NCBI GenBank assembly: GCA_027491395.1
Contig: JAOZFI010000036.1
Location: 94,772-158,771 of the forward strand
Direction of reading: 5' to 3'
From: Thermoproteota archaeon
Lineage (GTDB): Archaea > Korarchaeota > Korarchaeia > Korarchaeales > Korarchaeaceae
Length of the DNA: 64,000 nt
In this document: piece by piece, positions 54,871-64,000 of the stretch
Layout: every line of letters starts with the position of its first letter
Position numbering within the stretch: position 1 is the stretch's first letter
Position numbers and translations under genes: made by a program
The notes under the pieces: model-generated
Seen by the model: the letters and a program-made list of their open reading frames with translations, nothing else
The model's database searches: none
What the model was told of the DNA's origin: nothing

Positions 54871-56334
54871 TTAGATGTTTACGGGCTCCCCGACTTCTGG
54901 CAGTAATATCCTATCTCTCATGCCCTTAGGCACGTATAGGTCGAATAGATCCGGGTGCTCGGTGTGAATGGGGACGATCCTGGTGGGATTAACCCTTTCT
55001 AGGGCATCAGCTATCTGCTTCGGGGACAGGTGCCCGGACACGTGGATTCGATAGTAACGGTGAACCCCGTATATCAGGAGCCAGTTCATGAGTCGGTCCA
55101 TTGAGAGGGCGCTCTCCTCACTGAAGGGCTCGGATCTACTCATCACGAAGTCTATGCGAGGTTTCACACCTAGGGGAATCTCGTACAGGAACCTCGTGGC
55201 ATTACTGGTGATCACGAAGTAAGAGTTCTCGTCTTTGAGGATCTCTCCCCTTAGATCACCCCATATTACGGACCCGGATCCTTTCTTATCCTCTACCCTT
55301 TCGATGAATTCCACGAGGGGTTTGGGCTCCCTCGCCCCTAACTTCACCTCCTCCCCCCCTTTCCTCCTCTTCCTCCTCCACAATAAGTAATCTCCAGGCG
55401 AGGGAAGGCCGCTAATCCCCGCACCGCTTAATGCTTCTGCCATGAAACCGATCCTCTCATCGACTACTAGTTCCCTGCCCATCCTCTCAGCCACCTTGCA
55501 CACGGTCCTGACCCTGTCAACATCCGTGGGCGAGACCTCCACAAGCACGAGTCGGGAGCTGTCCTCTAGGATCTCCATCATCCTCTCCCCCACTTCCCTC
55601 TCGGAAGAGACCTCGAAGTTCACCCTCTTGGGCGGCTCCCGCTTCCATCTGTACCAGATCCTATTTTCCAATACCTTGACCAAAGAGGCCTCAGGGTCGT
55701 TCTCGGGCGCCACCTTGGTGGCCTCCATGAGAAGCAGATCAACTCCCTCCTCCGCTAACATATCTAGAAAATCTAGGGTCATATCACTCCTAGGGCCGTG
55801 CATCCTAAGATCTCCTGTGTAGGCCACCTTCTTCGAGCAGCATTCGATCAGGAATCCGTATGCCCCTGGTACGGAGTGATCTACGTGAATGGGGAGGACC
55901 TTCAGGTCCTCCATGTCCAGTACATCCCCTGTCTTGAAGGTGTGCATCTCGAACTCCTCAAGGGCCGACAGGTCCTTGAACCCCATGGACCTGTACGCTT
56001 CCAATATCACTTTACTGGCCTCTCCCAAGTGGACGGCTATCTCCCTGTGTACTAAGGGGAGGTACCCCCAGTGATCTAGATGAGCGTGACTTATGAGTAG
56101 TCCAGTGATGTCGTAGCCCTCCATCCTCCACTCGGGTCCCTGAGAGGGGGGAAGGAGGCCGGTCTTGAAGTAGTCCTCCGGGAACATTGGGGACATGAAG
56201 GGATGCTGGAAGAATGCTTCCTCGCGTGAGAAACTCTTTCCGAAATCGAGCATGATTGCTAGCCTGTCGGGAGAGGACACCAGCACCTTATTGCCTCCGA
56301 TCTCCCCGATACCACCGAATATCCTGACTTCCAC
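54871..56334 (-). CDS. Beta-CASP metallo-beta-lactamase ribonuclease (RNase J/aCPSF2-like)
   Basis: GEIGGN, SHAHLDH, VDHS, YTGDLR, HVSGH, PIHTEH. Confidence 0.85.
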   Translation of the reverse strand: MEVRIFGGIGEIGGNKVLVSSPDRLAIMLDFGKSFSREEAFFQHPFMSPMFPEDYFKTGLLPPSQGPEWRMEGYDITGLLISHAHLDHWGYLPLVHREIAVHLGEASKVILEAYRSMGFKDLSALEEFEMHTFKTGDVLDMEDLKVLPIHVDHSVPGAYGFLIECCSKKVAYTGDLRMHGPRSDMTLDFLDMLAEEGVDLLLMEATKVAPENDPEASLVKVLENRIWYRWKREPPKRVNFEVSSEREVGERMMEILEDSSRLVLVEVSPTDVDRVRTVCKVAERMGRELVVDERIGFMAEALSGAGISGLPSPGDYLLWRRKRRKGGEEVKLGAREPKPLVEFIERVEDKKGSGSVIWGDLRGEILKDENSYFVITSNATRFLYEIPLGVKPRIDFVMSRSEPFSEESALSMDRLMNWLLIYGVHRYYRIHVSGHLSPKQIADALERVNPTRIVPIHTEHPDLFDLYVPKGMRDRILLPEVGEPVNI

Positions 56335-56385
56335 AGGTCGACTGCCGTGGTTACCTTTATCAATTTTTTATGAGGGGGGCGCCGG

Positions 56386-56625
56386 GTGATCACCTTGGCC
56401 GTAGTGCAAGTGGACTTCCATGTGATACTCAATATAGATGAGGCCAAGTGTATTGGATGCGGCATCTGCGTGGATGTCTGTCCCTCCAACATATGGCACC
56501 TCAACGAGAACAAGAAGGCCTATCCAAGGGAGGACTACGAACCAGACTGCTTCATATGCCATGCCTGCGCTGTATCATGCCCAGTGGGAGCAATAGTCGT
56601 TCAGGAGGAGGTATGGGAGAAGTAG
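56386..56625 (+). CDS. 2[4Fe-4S] ferredoxin
   Basis: CIGCGICVDVCP and CFICHACAVSCP; start may lie further downstream. Confidence 0.9.
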   Translation: MITLAVVQVDFHVILNIDEAKCIGCGICVDVCPSNIWHLNENKKAYPREDYEPDCFICHACAVSCPVGAIVVQEEVWEK

Positions 56626-56633
56626 TCAAGCGA

Positions 56634-57347
56634 TTATACAACCCATCTATACTCTTCTATCCTACCTTCGGTCCTCCTGAATAGGAGGAGGGTCCAATTT
56701 TCCATTTCCTTCCAGTTCCCATCATCTAAAGGCTCCGATGCTAGAATGACGATCCTCTCCCCCTTCTTCACGTAGAGGTTGAAGTAATCTGGCCTCTCCT
56801 TGGCACCCTTTAGCGCGTAGAGCTCATCAGCACTCACCATCAGGAAGGTCATGGATGACAGACCCTCCCAGAACTTCTCTCTTATCTCCCTCACGCCCTC
56901 CACCAACTTAGAGGGATCGACACCGTTGCGGGTCAGCCTTAACATCATAGCCTCGCTGTCCGTCTTACCTAGAGCGTCTCCCCCCTCTATCCCCCTGACT
57001 GATCCGTTATGGGCGAAGAACCATATCTTGTCCCCGACGACCACCGAGAAGGGGTGGGTGTTCTCGAAGCTGACTTCACCCACTGACGCGGCTCTCGCGT
57101 GCGCCAAAACGACATCCGCTCCGAAACGAGCGTAAAAGCCCCTCTTCCACATAGGGAAGGTCTCCCTCACGTAGAGGACGGGCCTACCCCTGGAGAAGGC
57201 GGCCAACCCCCATCCGTGAGGGTGGCCCATCCCGCTCTCCTTGGAGGACCTACCCCGGCTGGCCATGCGGGACACAGCTTCTAGGAAATCCTCAACCTCG
57301 TAGCCCTTCATCGGCTCCAGAGACATGAAGGCGGCCATTCTGCACAT
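56634..57347 (-). CDS. Class II glutamine amidotransferase (YafJ/EgtC-like)
   Basis: MCRM (N-terminal Cys), HGWG, HARAAS, NTHPF, HNG, TDSE. Start ATG 57347. Confidence 0.88.
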   Translation of the reverse strand: MCRMAAFMSLEPMKGYEVEDFLEAVSRMASRGRSSKESGMGHPHGWGLAAFSRGRPVLYVRETFPMWKRGFYARFGADVVLAHARAASVGEVSFENTHPFSVVVGDKIWFFAHNGSVRGIEGGDALGKTDSEAMMLRLTRNGVDPSKLVEGVREIREKFWEGLSSMTFLMVSADELYALKGAKERPDYFNLYVKKGERIVILASEPLDDGNWKEMENWTLLLFRRTEGRIEEYRWVV

Positions 57348-57420
57348 GCTAATCCAACTGGAGGAGCGAGCCAACCTTTTTATACTATTTCCAAGTTCCA
57401 TGTCGTGGCCCGTCGCTAGG

Positions 57421-57497
57421 GGCGGGGTAGCTTAGCCAGGTAGAGCGCCCGGCTGTTAACCGGGAGGTCGTGGGTTCGAATCCCACCCCCGCCGCCA
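57421..57497 (+). tRNA. tRNA-Asn(GUU); CCA encoded
   Basis: Acceptor GGCGGGG/CCCCGCC; CCCGG-CUGUUAA-CCGGG; GUGGG-UUCGAAU-CCCAC; G73-CCA. Confidence 0.97.
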
Positions 57498-57528
57498 TCT
57501 CGATTTTAAGCTCATCCGCGCCCCTTCC

Positions 57529-58734
57529 ATGGTGCCCCTAATGGGAAGGGAGGATGAGTTCTTCGTAGTGTCAGGGAGGGAGATCAAGGAGGGAAAGGTC
57601 ACCGACATCTACTTCCTCAGAACCATGAAGGTCCTCGGGGCCAAGGGACTGGCGGACAAACATGTTGTCATGGAGATAGCGGCCAGATCCCTGCCGAACG
57701 GCGTCCCTTGGGGAATACTGGCGGGAGTGGAGGAGGTGGCCAAGCTCCTAGAGGGCAGGAACTTAGATGTGCACGCTCTCCCCGACGGCAGCCTCTTGAG
57801 ACCTTGGATACCCATCATGAGGATAGAGGGACCCTACTCGGAGATAGGACCCTTGGAGACCTCGATACTCGGGTTCCTATGCAGCCTTTCCGGAGTAGCT
57901 ACGATGGCGGCTAGGGTGAAGTTCGCGGCCGGGGAGAAGCCAGTGGTCAACTTTGGGATAAGGAGACAGCATCCTGCCGTAAGTCTGGCGTATGAGAGGG
58001 CTAGCCTCATAGGCGGGCTTGACGGATCTTCCGGTATTCTGCTGGAGGAGATCGGTTTCAAACCTGTAGGTACAATGCCCCACGCCATGATAATACTCTT
58101 CGGGGATCAGGTTGCCGCTTGGAAATCATTTGATGAGGTCCTGCCGGATGAGGTGCCCAGAATAGCCTTGGTGGACACTTTCTACGATGAGAAGACCGAA
58201 GCGATAATGGCGGCGGAGGCACTGAAGGATAGGCTCGAGGGGGTCAGGCTCGACACCCCAAGCTCTAGGAGGGGAAGGATGTCCGACATAATCAAGGAGG
58301 TGAGATGGGAGCTGGATGTGAGGGGCTTCAAGCACGTGAAGATATTCGTCTCCGGGGGCCTGAACGAATATACTGTTAAAGAGTACTCTGAGGCGGGTGC
58401 CGATGCATTTGGAGTAGGCTCTCACATAATGGGAGCCAAACCAGTCGACTTCGGCATGGATATAGTGGAGGTTGAAGGGAAACCGAGGGCCAAGAGAGGG
58501 ATAAAGTCAGGGGCCAAAGATCTCTACATCTGCAAGGAGCATCTCATCTACAAATATGTACCGAAGGGATCCGAACCTCCAAAGTGTCCCGTCTGCGGTA
58601 ATGAGATGTCCTACGCCTACAGAAAGATACTGGATGGAGGGAGGCTGGTCTACAGGATAGAAGATCTCAAGACGATCAATGAGGCCACCAAGGACCTATT
58701 GAGAAAACTCAGGGATTTGGGAGAGGGCCTCTGA
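57529..58734 (+). CDS. pncB: Nicotinate phosphoribosyltransferase
   Basis: TDIYF, FGIRR, GTMPHA, LVDTF, GVRLDT, SGG, FGVG. Confidence 0.9.
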   Translation: MVPLMGREDEFFVVSGREIKEGKVTDIYFLRTMKVLGAKGLADKHVVMEIAARSLPNGVPWGILAGVEEVAKLLEGRNLDVHALPDGSLLRPWIPIMRIEGPYSEIGPLETSILGFLCSLSGVATMAARVKFAAGEKPVVNFGIRRQHPAVSLAYERASLIGGLDGSSGILLEEIGFKPVGTMPHAMIILFGDQVAAWKSFDEVLPDEVPRIALVDTFYDEKTEAIMAAEALKDRLEGVRLDTPSSRRGRMSDIIKEVRWELDVRGFKHVKIFVSGGLNEYTVKEYSEAGADAFGVGSHIMGAKPVDFGMDIVEVEGKPRAKRGIKSGAKDLYICKEHLIYKYVPKGSEPPKCPVCGNEMSYAYRKILDGGRLVYRIEDLKTINEATKDLLRKLRDLGEGL

Positions 58735-58738
58735 TGGA

Positions 58739-59704
58739 TTAAATAAGCTCTATCCTCGCCCCCTCCCTAGCGACCCTCGCTGTGAACACCATCTCGGCGA
58801 CAGGTTCTAGCTCTCTGATTAGGGAGGATGGCCGAGGATGCAAGATAACGATGCACCCCCCTCCTCCTGCTCCGGATAACTTGGCTCCATAGGAGCCACT
58901 CTCTCTTGCCTTCCAGACTATTCTCTCTATCTCCCAGCTACTCACCCCTAGGGAGTAGAGCAGCCCTTGATCGACATTCATGAGAGTTCCTAGGAGCTCG
59001 TAATCCTCGGCCATAATAGCCTCCTTTCCTCTGACAACCAGCTCAGATATAGCCCTGACCACGGAGTCCCTCACCCCGGGCAACATGGATCCCAAGGTGC
59101 TCACCCTCTCTATCATCTCCTTGGTCGGACTGGGCTTCCCGGTACAGGCCATAACTAGGGGTACATCCTTGAATCCCAAACTGCTAGCTGTCATAACGTC
59201 GCCCGTCCACTCTACCCATATGATCCCGCCCATGACTGCGCACGCAGGTCCCGTCTTGCTGGCCTTGCCGTGTATGATCCTTTCAAAGAGATACACGGAC
59301 TCTAAGAGCTCCTCCTCACTCATTCCCAGCTCAAATAGGCCGTCAAGTGATTTAGAGATGGCTGCCGCTACCGAAGCGGAGGAAGCCATACCACTCCCGA
59401 TGGGGACCTCGGATCTTATCTCCAGCTCGACGCCCGACCTAACATTGTATCTCTCTAAGACGCCCTTGACACCCCTTGCTACTCTCTCCAGTTCAGGACT
59501 GCTCACTAGAACTGAACCATCCATCTCCTCGTAAACCCCTAGGAGATGAGACTTTATCCTCAGATGCCCCTCATCTAACCCCTTAGCAGTAGAGAAGGAT
59601 CTCCTATCAACGCTCAAGGCTAGGGCGGGAGATCCATACAGCACTGCATGCTCTCCCATTAGGAAAGCTTGGGAGGGGGCCGATGCTGTTACCGTTCCTC
59701 TCAT
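58739..59704 (-). CDS. mvk: Mevalonate kinase (GHMP family)
   Basis: GEHAVLYG, PIGSGMASSAS, IHGKAS, AKLSGAGGGG. Confidence 0.85.
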   Translation of the reverse strand: MRGTVTASAPSQAFLMGEHAVLYGSPALALSVDRRSFSTAKGLDEGHLRIKSHLLGVYEEMDGSVLVSSPELERVARGVKGVLERYNVRSGVELEIRSEVPIGSGMASSASVAAAISKSLDGLFELGMSEEELLESVYLFERIIHGKASKTGPACAVMGGIIWVEWTGDVMTASSLGFKDVPLVMACTGKPSPTKEMIERVSTLGSMLPGVRDSVVRAISELVVRGKEAIMAEDYELLGTLMNVDQGLLYSLGVSSWEIERIVWKARESGSYGAKLSGAGGGGCIVILHPRPSSLIRELEPVAEMVFTARVAREGARIELI

Positions 59705-59719
59705 CTAGAGAGGAGCCTA

Positions 59720-60170
59720 GCACATTGTAATTATCTTTATGCTTTTAATGAAAAGTTCAACATTCAACACATAAGACTGTCCATTGACCACTTACATATC
59801 TTCGTATTAGCAATGACTACCACACAAATGGCATTGATAAGGCATTCCCATAACACTTAGAACTTTTCTAAATTTAGACGTCTCTAATAAAATTATATTC
59901 CAAATATACTCGCTATAAATCATATAAAGAGATATACGTGATATTATAAATCAATTTTAATAATACAATTTACAAAAACACCTCTAGAGATCACGTATTT
60001 TTAATTATATAATTGCATAATAAAAGCAATTATTAGCAATAATGAGCATTTGCTAATATATTATTTATATTATTTAGATAAAAAATATCTATTTGCCCCA
60101 GGAAACGCGGTTAAAGGAGCTAAAATTCCCGATATAAACTTATATTTGCAGGGAGGTGGATAACTGGGTG
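59720..60170. other. Long AT-rich non-coding region with several inverted repeats
   Basis: Hand count 23 G+C in 120 nt at 59941-60060, versus GC-rich flanking genes; longest intergenic gap in the window. Confidence 0.85.
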
Positions 60171-60175
60171 AGAGA

Positions 60176-61285
60176 ATGCCGAAGGTAAAAGTGGCAATTG
60201 CCGGTGTGGGTAATGTGGCCTCCGCCTTGGTTCAAGGTGTGTTCAAATATAGGGATGTCGACGATGATATGGATGTTCCCGGGCTGATGCACGTCAGATT
60301 TGGACCATACCACATAGCTGACATAGAGTTCGTCGCCGCTTTCGATGTGGATGAGAGGAAGATAGGGAAAGACCTCTCTGAGGCCATATTTTCCAAGCCC
60401 AACAACTTGGAGAAGTTCGCTGAAGTTCCAAGACTCGGAGTCGAGGTTCTGAAGGGACCGGTACTCGACGGCGTGGCTCCCCACATGAGGGATTTCAGGT
60501 ACGGGGAGGGCTTCTTAGTTGACGACTCTAGGCCGAGCGTAAACGTAGCTGATGTGCTCAAGGAAACTGGTGCTGATGTCTTGGTTAACCTCATACCCGT
60601 AGGCAGCTATGAAGCGAGCAGAGCCTACGCCTTAACAGCTCTGGAAGCTGGAGTGGGATTCATAAACGGGATCCCTGAGTTCATCGTCAGCGACCCGGAG
60701 TGGGCGGAGAAGTTCGTGGATAGGGGAATACCAGCAGCTGGCGATGACTTCAAGAGTCAGTTAGGGGCCACGATACTGCACAGGACCATCGCGAGGCTTG
60801 CTGTGGAGAGAGGCTTGAGAGTACTCAACACGTATCAGCTCAACATCGGAGGAAACATGGACTTCCTGAACATGATCGAGGAATCCAGATTGAAGACCAA
60901 GAGGGTCAGCAAGACCGAGGCTGTCACTAGCATGGTGCCGTACGAGATCGGTGCTAGAGTGGGGCCGAGCGACTATGTTCCCTTCTTAGGCGACAGGAAG
61001 GTGATGTACATGTTCATGGAGGCGGAACAGTTTGGCGGGTTCAAAGTGTACATAGATGTGAAACTGAGCGTAATGGACTCGCCTAACGCGGCGGGCGTGG
61101 CCATAGACGCGATAAGGGCGGTGAAGCTTGCCATGGATAGGGGAATAGCAGGTCCTCTCGAAGGGGTCAGCGCGTACTTCTTCAAGCACCCGCCGAAGCA
61201 GCTCCCTGACTATGTGGCTAGAGAACTGGTGGAGGCATTCATAAAGGGTGAGGAGGTTAAGCTAGAGGAGATCACTAGAAAGTAG
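60176..61285 (+). CDS. ino1: myo-Inositol-1-phosphate synthase
   Basis: AGVGNVASALVQG, GDDFKSQLGAT, YQLNIGGNMDF, DSPNAAG. Confidence 0.94.
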   Translation: MPKVKVAIAGVGNVASALVQGVFKYRDVDDDMDVPGLMHVRFGPYHIADIEFVAAFDVDERKIGKDLSEAIFSKPNNLEKFAEVPRLGVEVLKGPVLDGVAPHMRDFRYGEGFLVDDSRPSVNVADVLKETGADVLVNLIPVGSYEASRAYALTALEAGVGFINGIPEFIVSDPEWAEKFVDRGIPAAGDDFKSQLGATILHRTIARLAVERGLRVLNTYQLNIGGNMDFLNMIEESRLKTKRVSKTEAVTSMVPYEIGARVGPSDYVPFLGDRKVMYMFMEAEQFGGFKVYIDVKLSVMDSPNAAGVAIDAIRAVKLAMDRGIAGPLEGVSAYFFKHPPKQLPDYVARELVEAFIKGEEVKLEEITRK

Positions 61286-61505
61286 AGCTCCTCACCTCAT
61301 CCAACTTCTCTCTTATTCCCTTCAACGAGAAGAACGCCCTCGCATAGACGGATTTACCTTCTCCCCTCATATACATCCAAGAGTCAGTTAAAGGATCTAT
61401 TATCACTCTCTCGTCTTCCAGTTCGGCCTCCACCCTCCCGTCCTTATGTCTCTTTATTAGGAATCCTCTCTTCATCAGGAGATCCACTATGTACTCTATG
61501 TCCAT
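61275..61505 (-). CDS. Small hypothetical protein
   Basis: ATG 61505 with SD GAGGTGA; 76 aa. Confidence 0.65.
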   Translation of the reverse strand: MDIEYIVDLLMKRGFLIKRHKDGRVEAELEDERVIIDPLTDSWMYMRGEGKSVYARAFFSLKGIREKLDEVRSSTF

Positions 61506-61569
61506 ACATTCATCACCTCTAACAGGTATACGGGGGAACCCCGACATTCGGAAGGAGATCAATAAAGAA

Positions 61570-62103
61570 TTAAAGTACTTCGTGCTCGCTGTCTCGATGC
61601 GCTCTTCTACCCTCTACCACCTTCTTAGAGAACCACAAGATCGAGAAAGACACCGCTACTAGTGAGGTTATCAGTTGAGCCACAAGCAACAGGGTGAGGA
61701 TCTGCAGATCCGCCGAATAGTAGGATAGCACGACCGTACATGTAGTGTCGTTCCCCTCAACTAAATCCAAGGTCATCCCATACGACGGACAATCTAGCAG
61801 TTTCTCTCCGTGAACCGAGGTTGACGGGCTCCCCTCTACATCCAACCGGCCGATGCTATTACTGTTAAAATCGATGAACCTTAGTACCATCTTGAAGGAG
61901 CCTGAAGAGATGCACGATATATTGTAGTAGACTCTCGGGCTGGTAGGACCCTCGAAGGTCCAAGTCACGGGTTCACCGACTGAGAGCCTGATAGTCCTAC
62001 TAGAATAGGTGAGGGCGGATCGGTAATAGAGAGTTCCCACACCCAGGACGAAGGATATTAAGAAAAATAGGAGACCTAGGAGAGCCAGTCTTCTATGCGT
62101 CAT
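61570..62103 (-). CDS. Two-TM membrane protein with extracytoplasmic beta domain
   Basis: ATGA overlap with the oppF stop; N- and C-terminal TM helices. Confidence 0.7.
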   Translation of the reverse strand: MTHRRLALLGLLFFLISFVLGVGTLYYRSALTYSSRTIRLSVGEPVTWTFEGPTSPRVYYNISCISSGSFKMVLRFIDFNSNSIGRLDVEGSPSTSVHGEKLLDCPSYGMTLDLVEGNDTTCTVVLSYYSADLQILTLLLVAQLITSLVAVSFSILWFSKKVVEGRRAHRDSEHEVL

Positions 62104-63059
62104 TGTGCATACCAGCACTTAACGAAATGACCCGGGGAGATCTCCACCTCTGGCGGCTCTTCATCACATTTGTCGGTTGCTATCGGGCATCTGGGCTTGA
62201 ACCTGCACCCCTTCGGTGGGTTCACTAGGCTGGGAGGCTCTCCAGGCGGGACTTTCCTGAACTTGAATCTGTTGTTGGGGTCTGGATCGGGAATAGCCTC
62301 AAGGAGCGCCTTCGTGTAGGGATGGGCCGGGTTCCTCAGGAGCTCCTTAGTGGGTGCTCTCTCCACCAAGTGACCCGCGTACATTATGAATATCTTGTCG
62401 GAGAAGTACCTGGTCGTAGAAAGGTCGTGCGTAATGTAGATAATGCTCATACTGTGCTTCTCCTGTATCTCCTCGAACAGGTTCAATATCTCCACCCTAA
62501 CCGAAGCGTCGAGCATGGAGACAGGCTCATCAGCTATAACGAGCTTGGGATTCATGATTATGGCCCTAGCGATGGCCACCCTTTGCAACTGACCACCGCT
62601 CAGCATGTGGGGGTACTTGAAGGCAAATTCCTCTGGAGATAGCTGCACTTCCCTCAGGATATTGTAGACAATTTCCCTCCTCTCCTCTCTCGTGCCTACC
62701 TTGTTCACTATGAGGGGCTCCTCCAGTATCTTGAATATTGTGAAATGAGGCACCATCGATCCGAAGGGATTTTGCTGAACGAGACCGGTCTCCTTCCTGT
62801 ACCACCTAAGCTCCTTCTCGGTGAGATGGGTGATGTCCTTTCCATCGAACTCTATCCTCCCACTGGTCGGATCGTAGAGTCTCAATATGGTCTTACCTAG
62901 GGTGGTCTTACCGCTCCCCGATTCACCCACAAGTGATATGGACTCTCCCCTATCTATCTCGAAGGTCACGTTCTCCACTGCCCTGACGTAGTAAGTCTTC
63001 CCGAAGATCCCCTTCTTCATGGGGAAGAACTTACTCAGATTCTCTACCTTAAGCAGCAT
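62100..63059 (-). CDS. oppF: Peptide/oligosaccharide ABC transporter ATPase (OppF/DppF)
   Basis: GESGSGKTT, LSGGQLQR, ADEP, HPYT, GCRFKPRCP. Confidence 0.92.
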   Translation of the reverse strand: MLLKVENLSKFFPMKKGIFGKTYYVRAVENVTFEIDRGESISLVGESGSGKTTLGKTILRLYDPTSGRIEFDGKDITHLTEKELRWYRKETGLVQQNPFGSMVPHFTIFKILEEPLIVNKVGTREERREIVYNILREVQLSPEEFAFKYPHMLSGGQLQRVAIARAIIMNPKLVIADEPVSMLDASVRVEILNLFEEIQEKHSMSIIYITHDLSTTRYFSDKIFIMYAGHLVERAPTKELLRNPAHPYTKALLEAIPDPDPNNRFKFRKVPPGEPPSLVNPPKGCRFKPRCPIATDKCDEEPPEVEISPGHFVKCWYAQ

Positions 63060-64000
63060 TCACTCCTCACCCCTATATAGCCAGCATTTAACCCTATGCC
63101 CATCTAGGTTAAACATCGGAGGCTCCTCCTCGCATATCTCCATGGCTTTATCGCATCTCGGTCTGAACCTGCAGCCGACCGGTGGGTTCAGCAGGTTGGG
63201 CGGCGTTCCGGGGATAGAGATTATTTCCTTATCCTCCCTGAGGGTCGGGACGCTTCCCAGCAGCTTCTGCGTGTAGGGATGTAGGGGCTTGCCAAAGTAG
63301 GACTCGGAATCAGCCAACTCTATTATCTGCCCGGCGTACATAGTCGCCATCTTGTCGGCCAACTCGCTCGCGAGGGCTATGTCGTGCGTTATGAAAATGT
63401 AGGTAAGATCTCTCTCCTTCTTCAACCTCTTGAGGAGGTTCATCACGTTTGCTTGGGTTATAACGTCCAACGCTGACGTGGGCTCGTCCAGTATCACTAG
63501 ATCTGGGTCGGTAATGAGCGCCATGGCGATTACGATCCTCTGCCTCATTCCTCCACTGAGCTCGAAAGGATACCTGTCCACGAAGGCTTCAGCAATTCCC
63601 ACCTGCTTGATCATCTTTCTGGCCTCTTTTAACGCCTCCTTCTTATCCATGCCCATATGTATGACCAGCGGCTCCGCCACTTGTTCTCCGACCTTTAGAA
63701 CTGGGTTGAGAGCGTTGAGGGCGCCTTGGAATACCATTGAGATTTTTCTCCACCTTACCTCCTTCCTGAACTGTTCCTCGCCCAGCTCCATGATGTTAGT
63801 ACCGTTGAGGAAGACTTTTCCCTCGTAGACTTCCACATTCCGGGGAAGAAGCCTTATTATGGCCCTAGATAGGGAGCTCTTCCCACAGCCAGACTCTCCA
63901 ACTATGGCTAGGGTCTCCCCTTTCTCTATCTCGAAGCTGACGTGGTCCACAGCCTTCACGGTTCCCTTACGGGTTCTGTAATACATGACTAAATCATCTA
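63060..64000 (-). CDS. oppD: Peptide/oligosaccharide ABC transporter ATPase (OppD/DppD), 5' end outside the window
   Basis: GESGCGKSS, LSGGMRQR, LDEPT, GCRFRPRC; frame open to the window edge. Confidence 0.92.
   Translation of the reverse strand, partial: DDLVMYYRTRKGTVKAVDHVSFEIEKGETLAIVGESGCGKSSLSRAIIRLLPRNVEVYEGKVFLNGTNIMELGEEQFRKEVRWRKISMVFQGALNALNPVLKVGEQVAEPLVIHMGMDKKEALKEARKMIKQVGIAEAFVDRYPFELSGGMRQRIVIAMALITDPDLVILDEPTSALDVITQANVMNLLKRLKKERDLTYIFITHDIALASELADKMATMYAGQIIELADSESYFGKPLHPYTQKLLGSVPTLREDKEIISIPGTPPNLLNPPVGCRFRPRCDKAMEICEEEPPMFNLDGHRVKCWLYRGEE

Noticed and set aside
57400-57530. tRNA-Asn or tRNA-Tyr as integration sites of a mobile element
   Set aside because: No integrase, no duplicated tRNA 3' end seen, and the flanking genes are housekeeping.
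59669-59860. 63-aa ORF entering the AT-rich spacer
   Set aside because: Overlaps the mvk start antisense, atypical composition, no motifs.
60073-60094. TTTAGATA...TATCTA as a Xer dif site
   Set aside because: Resembles Thermococcales dif arms but lacks the 11-6-11 spacing.
1-64000. CRISPR arrays, IS elements, rRNA, recoded stop codons
   Set aside because: No regularly spaced repeats, transposase motifs, rRNA sequence or interrupted conserved genes seen by eye.

Overview
Gene-dense archaeal chromosomal window from a hyperthermophile. Markers are reverse gyrase, an HMf-type histone, deoxyhypusine synthase, NreA, DUF1512 and a tRNA with a BHB intron. A TACK lineage such as Korarchaeota is my inference, not something I could test. 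About 60 CDS, mostly housekeeping: pyrG, guaB, gltX, pheA, rgy, mvk, prenyl synthase, inositol-phosphate synthase, RNA methyltransferases and three ABC transporters. RNA genes are tRNA-Tyr(GUA) with a 43-nt intron, tRNA-Asn(GUU) and a probable box C/D sRNA that the ORF track does not show. I see no CRISPR array, transposase, integrase or rRNA. Best leads: (1) the C/D sRNA with a guide matching a conserved 16S segment; (2) a stand-alone herA-nurA pair without mre11/rad50; (3) a CTP synthase with an insertion and a rewritten CTP/UTP pocket; (4) a truncated RNase HIII-like protein; (5) a roughly 450-bp very AT-rich spacer with inverted repeats, a possible replication origin; (6) a receptor-like beta-propeller membrane protein; (7) a three-gene wHTH cassette divergent from an ABC exporter, with a multi-half-site operator. 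None can be shown to be a new system from sequence alone. All product calls come from recognising motifs by eye, without database searches.
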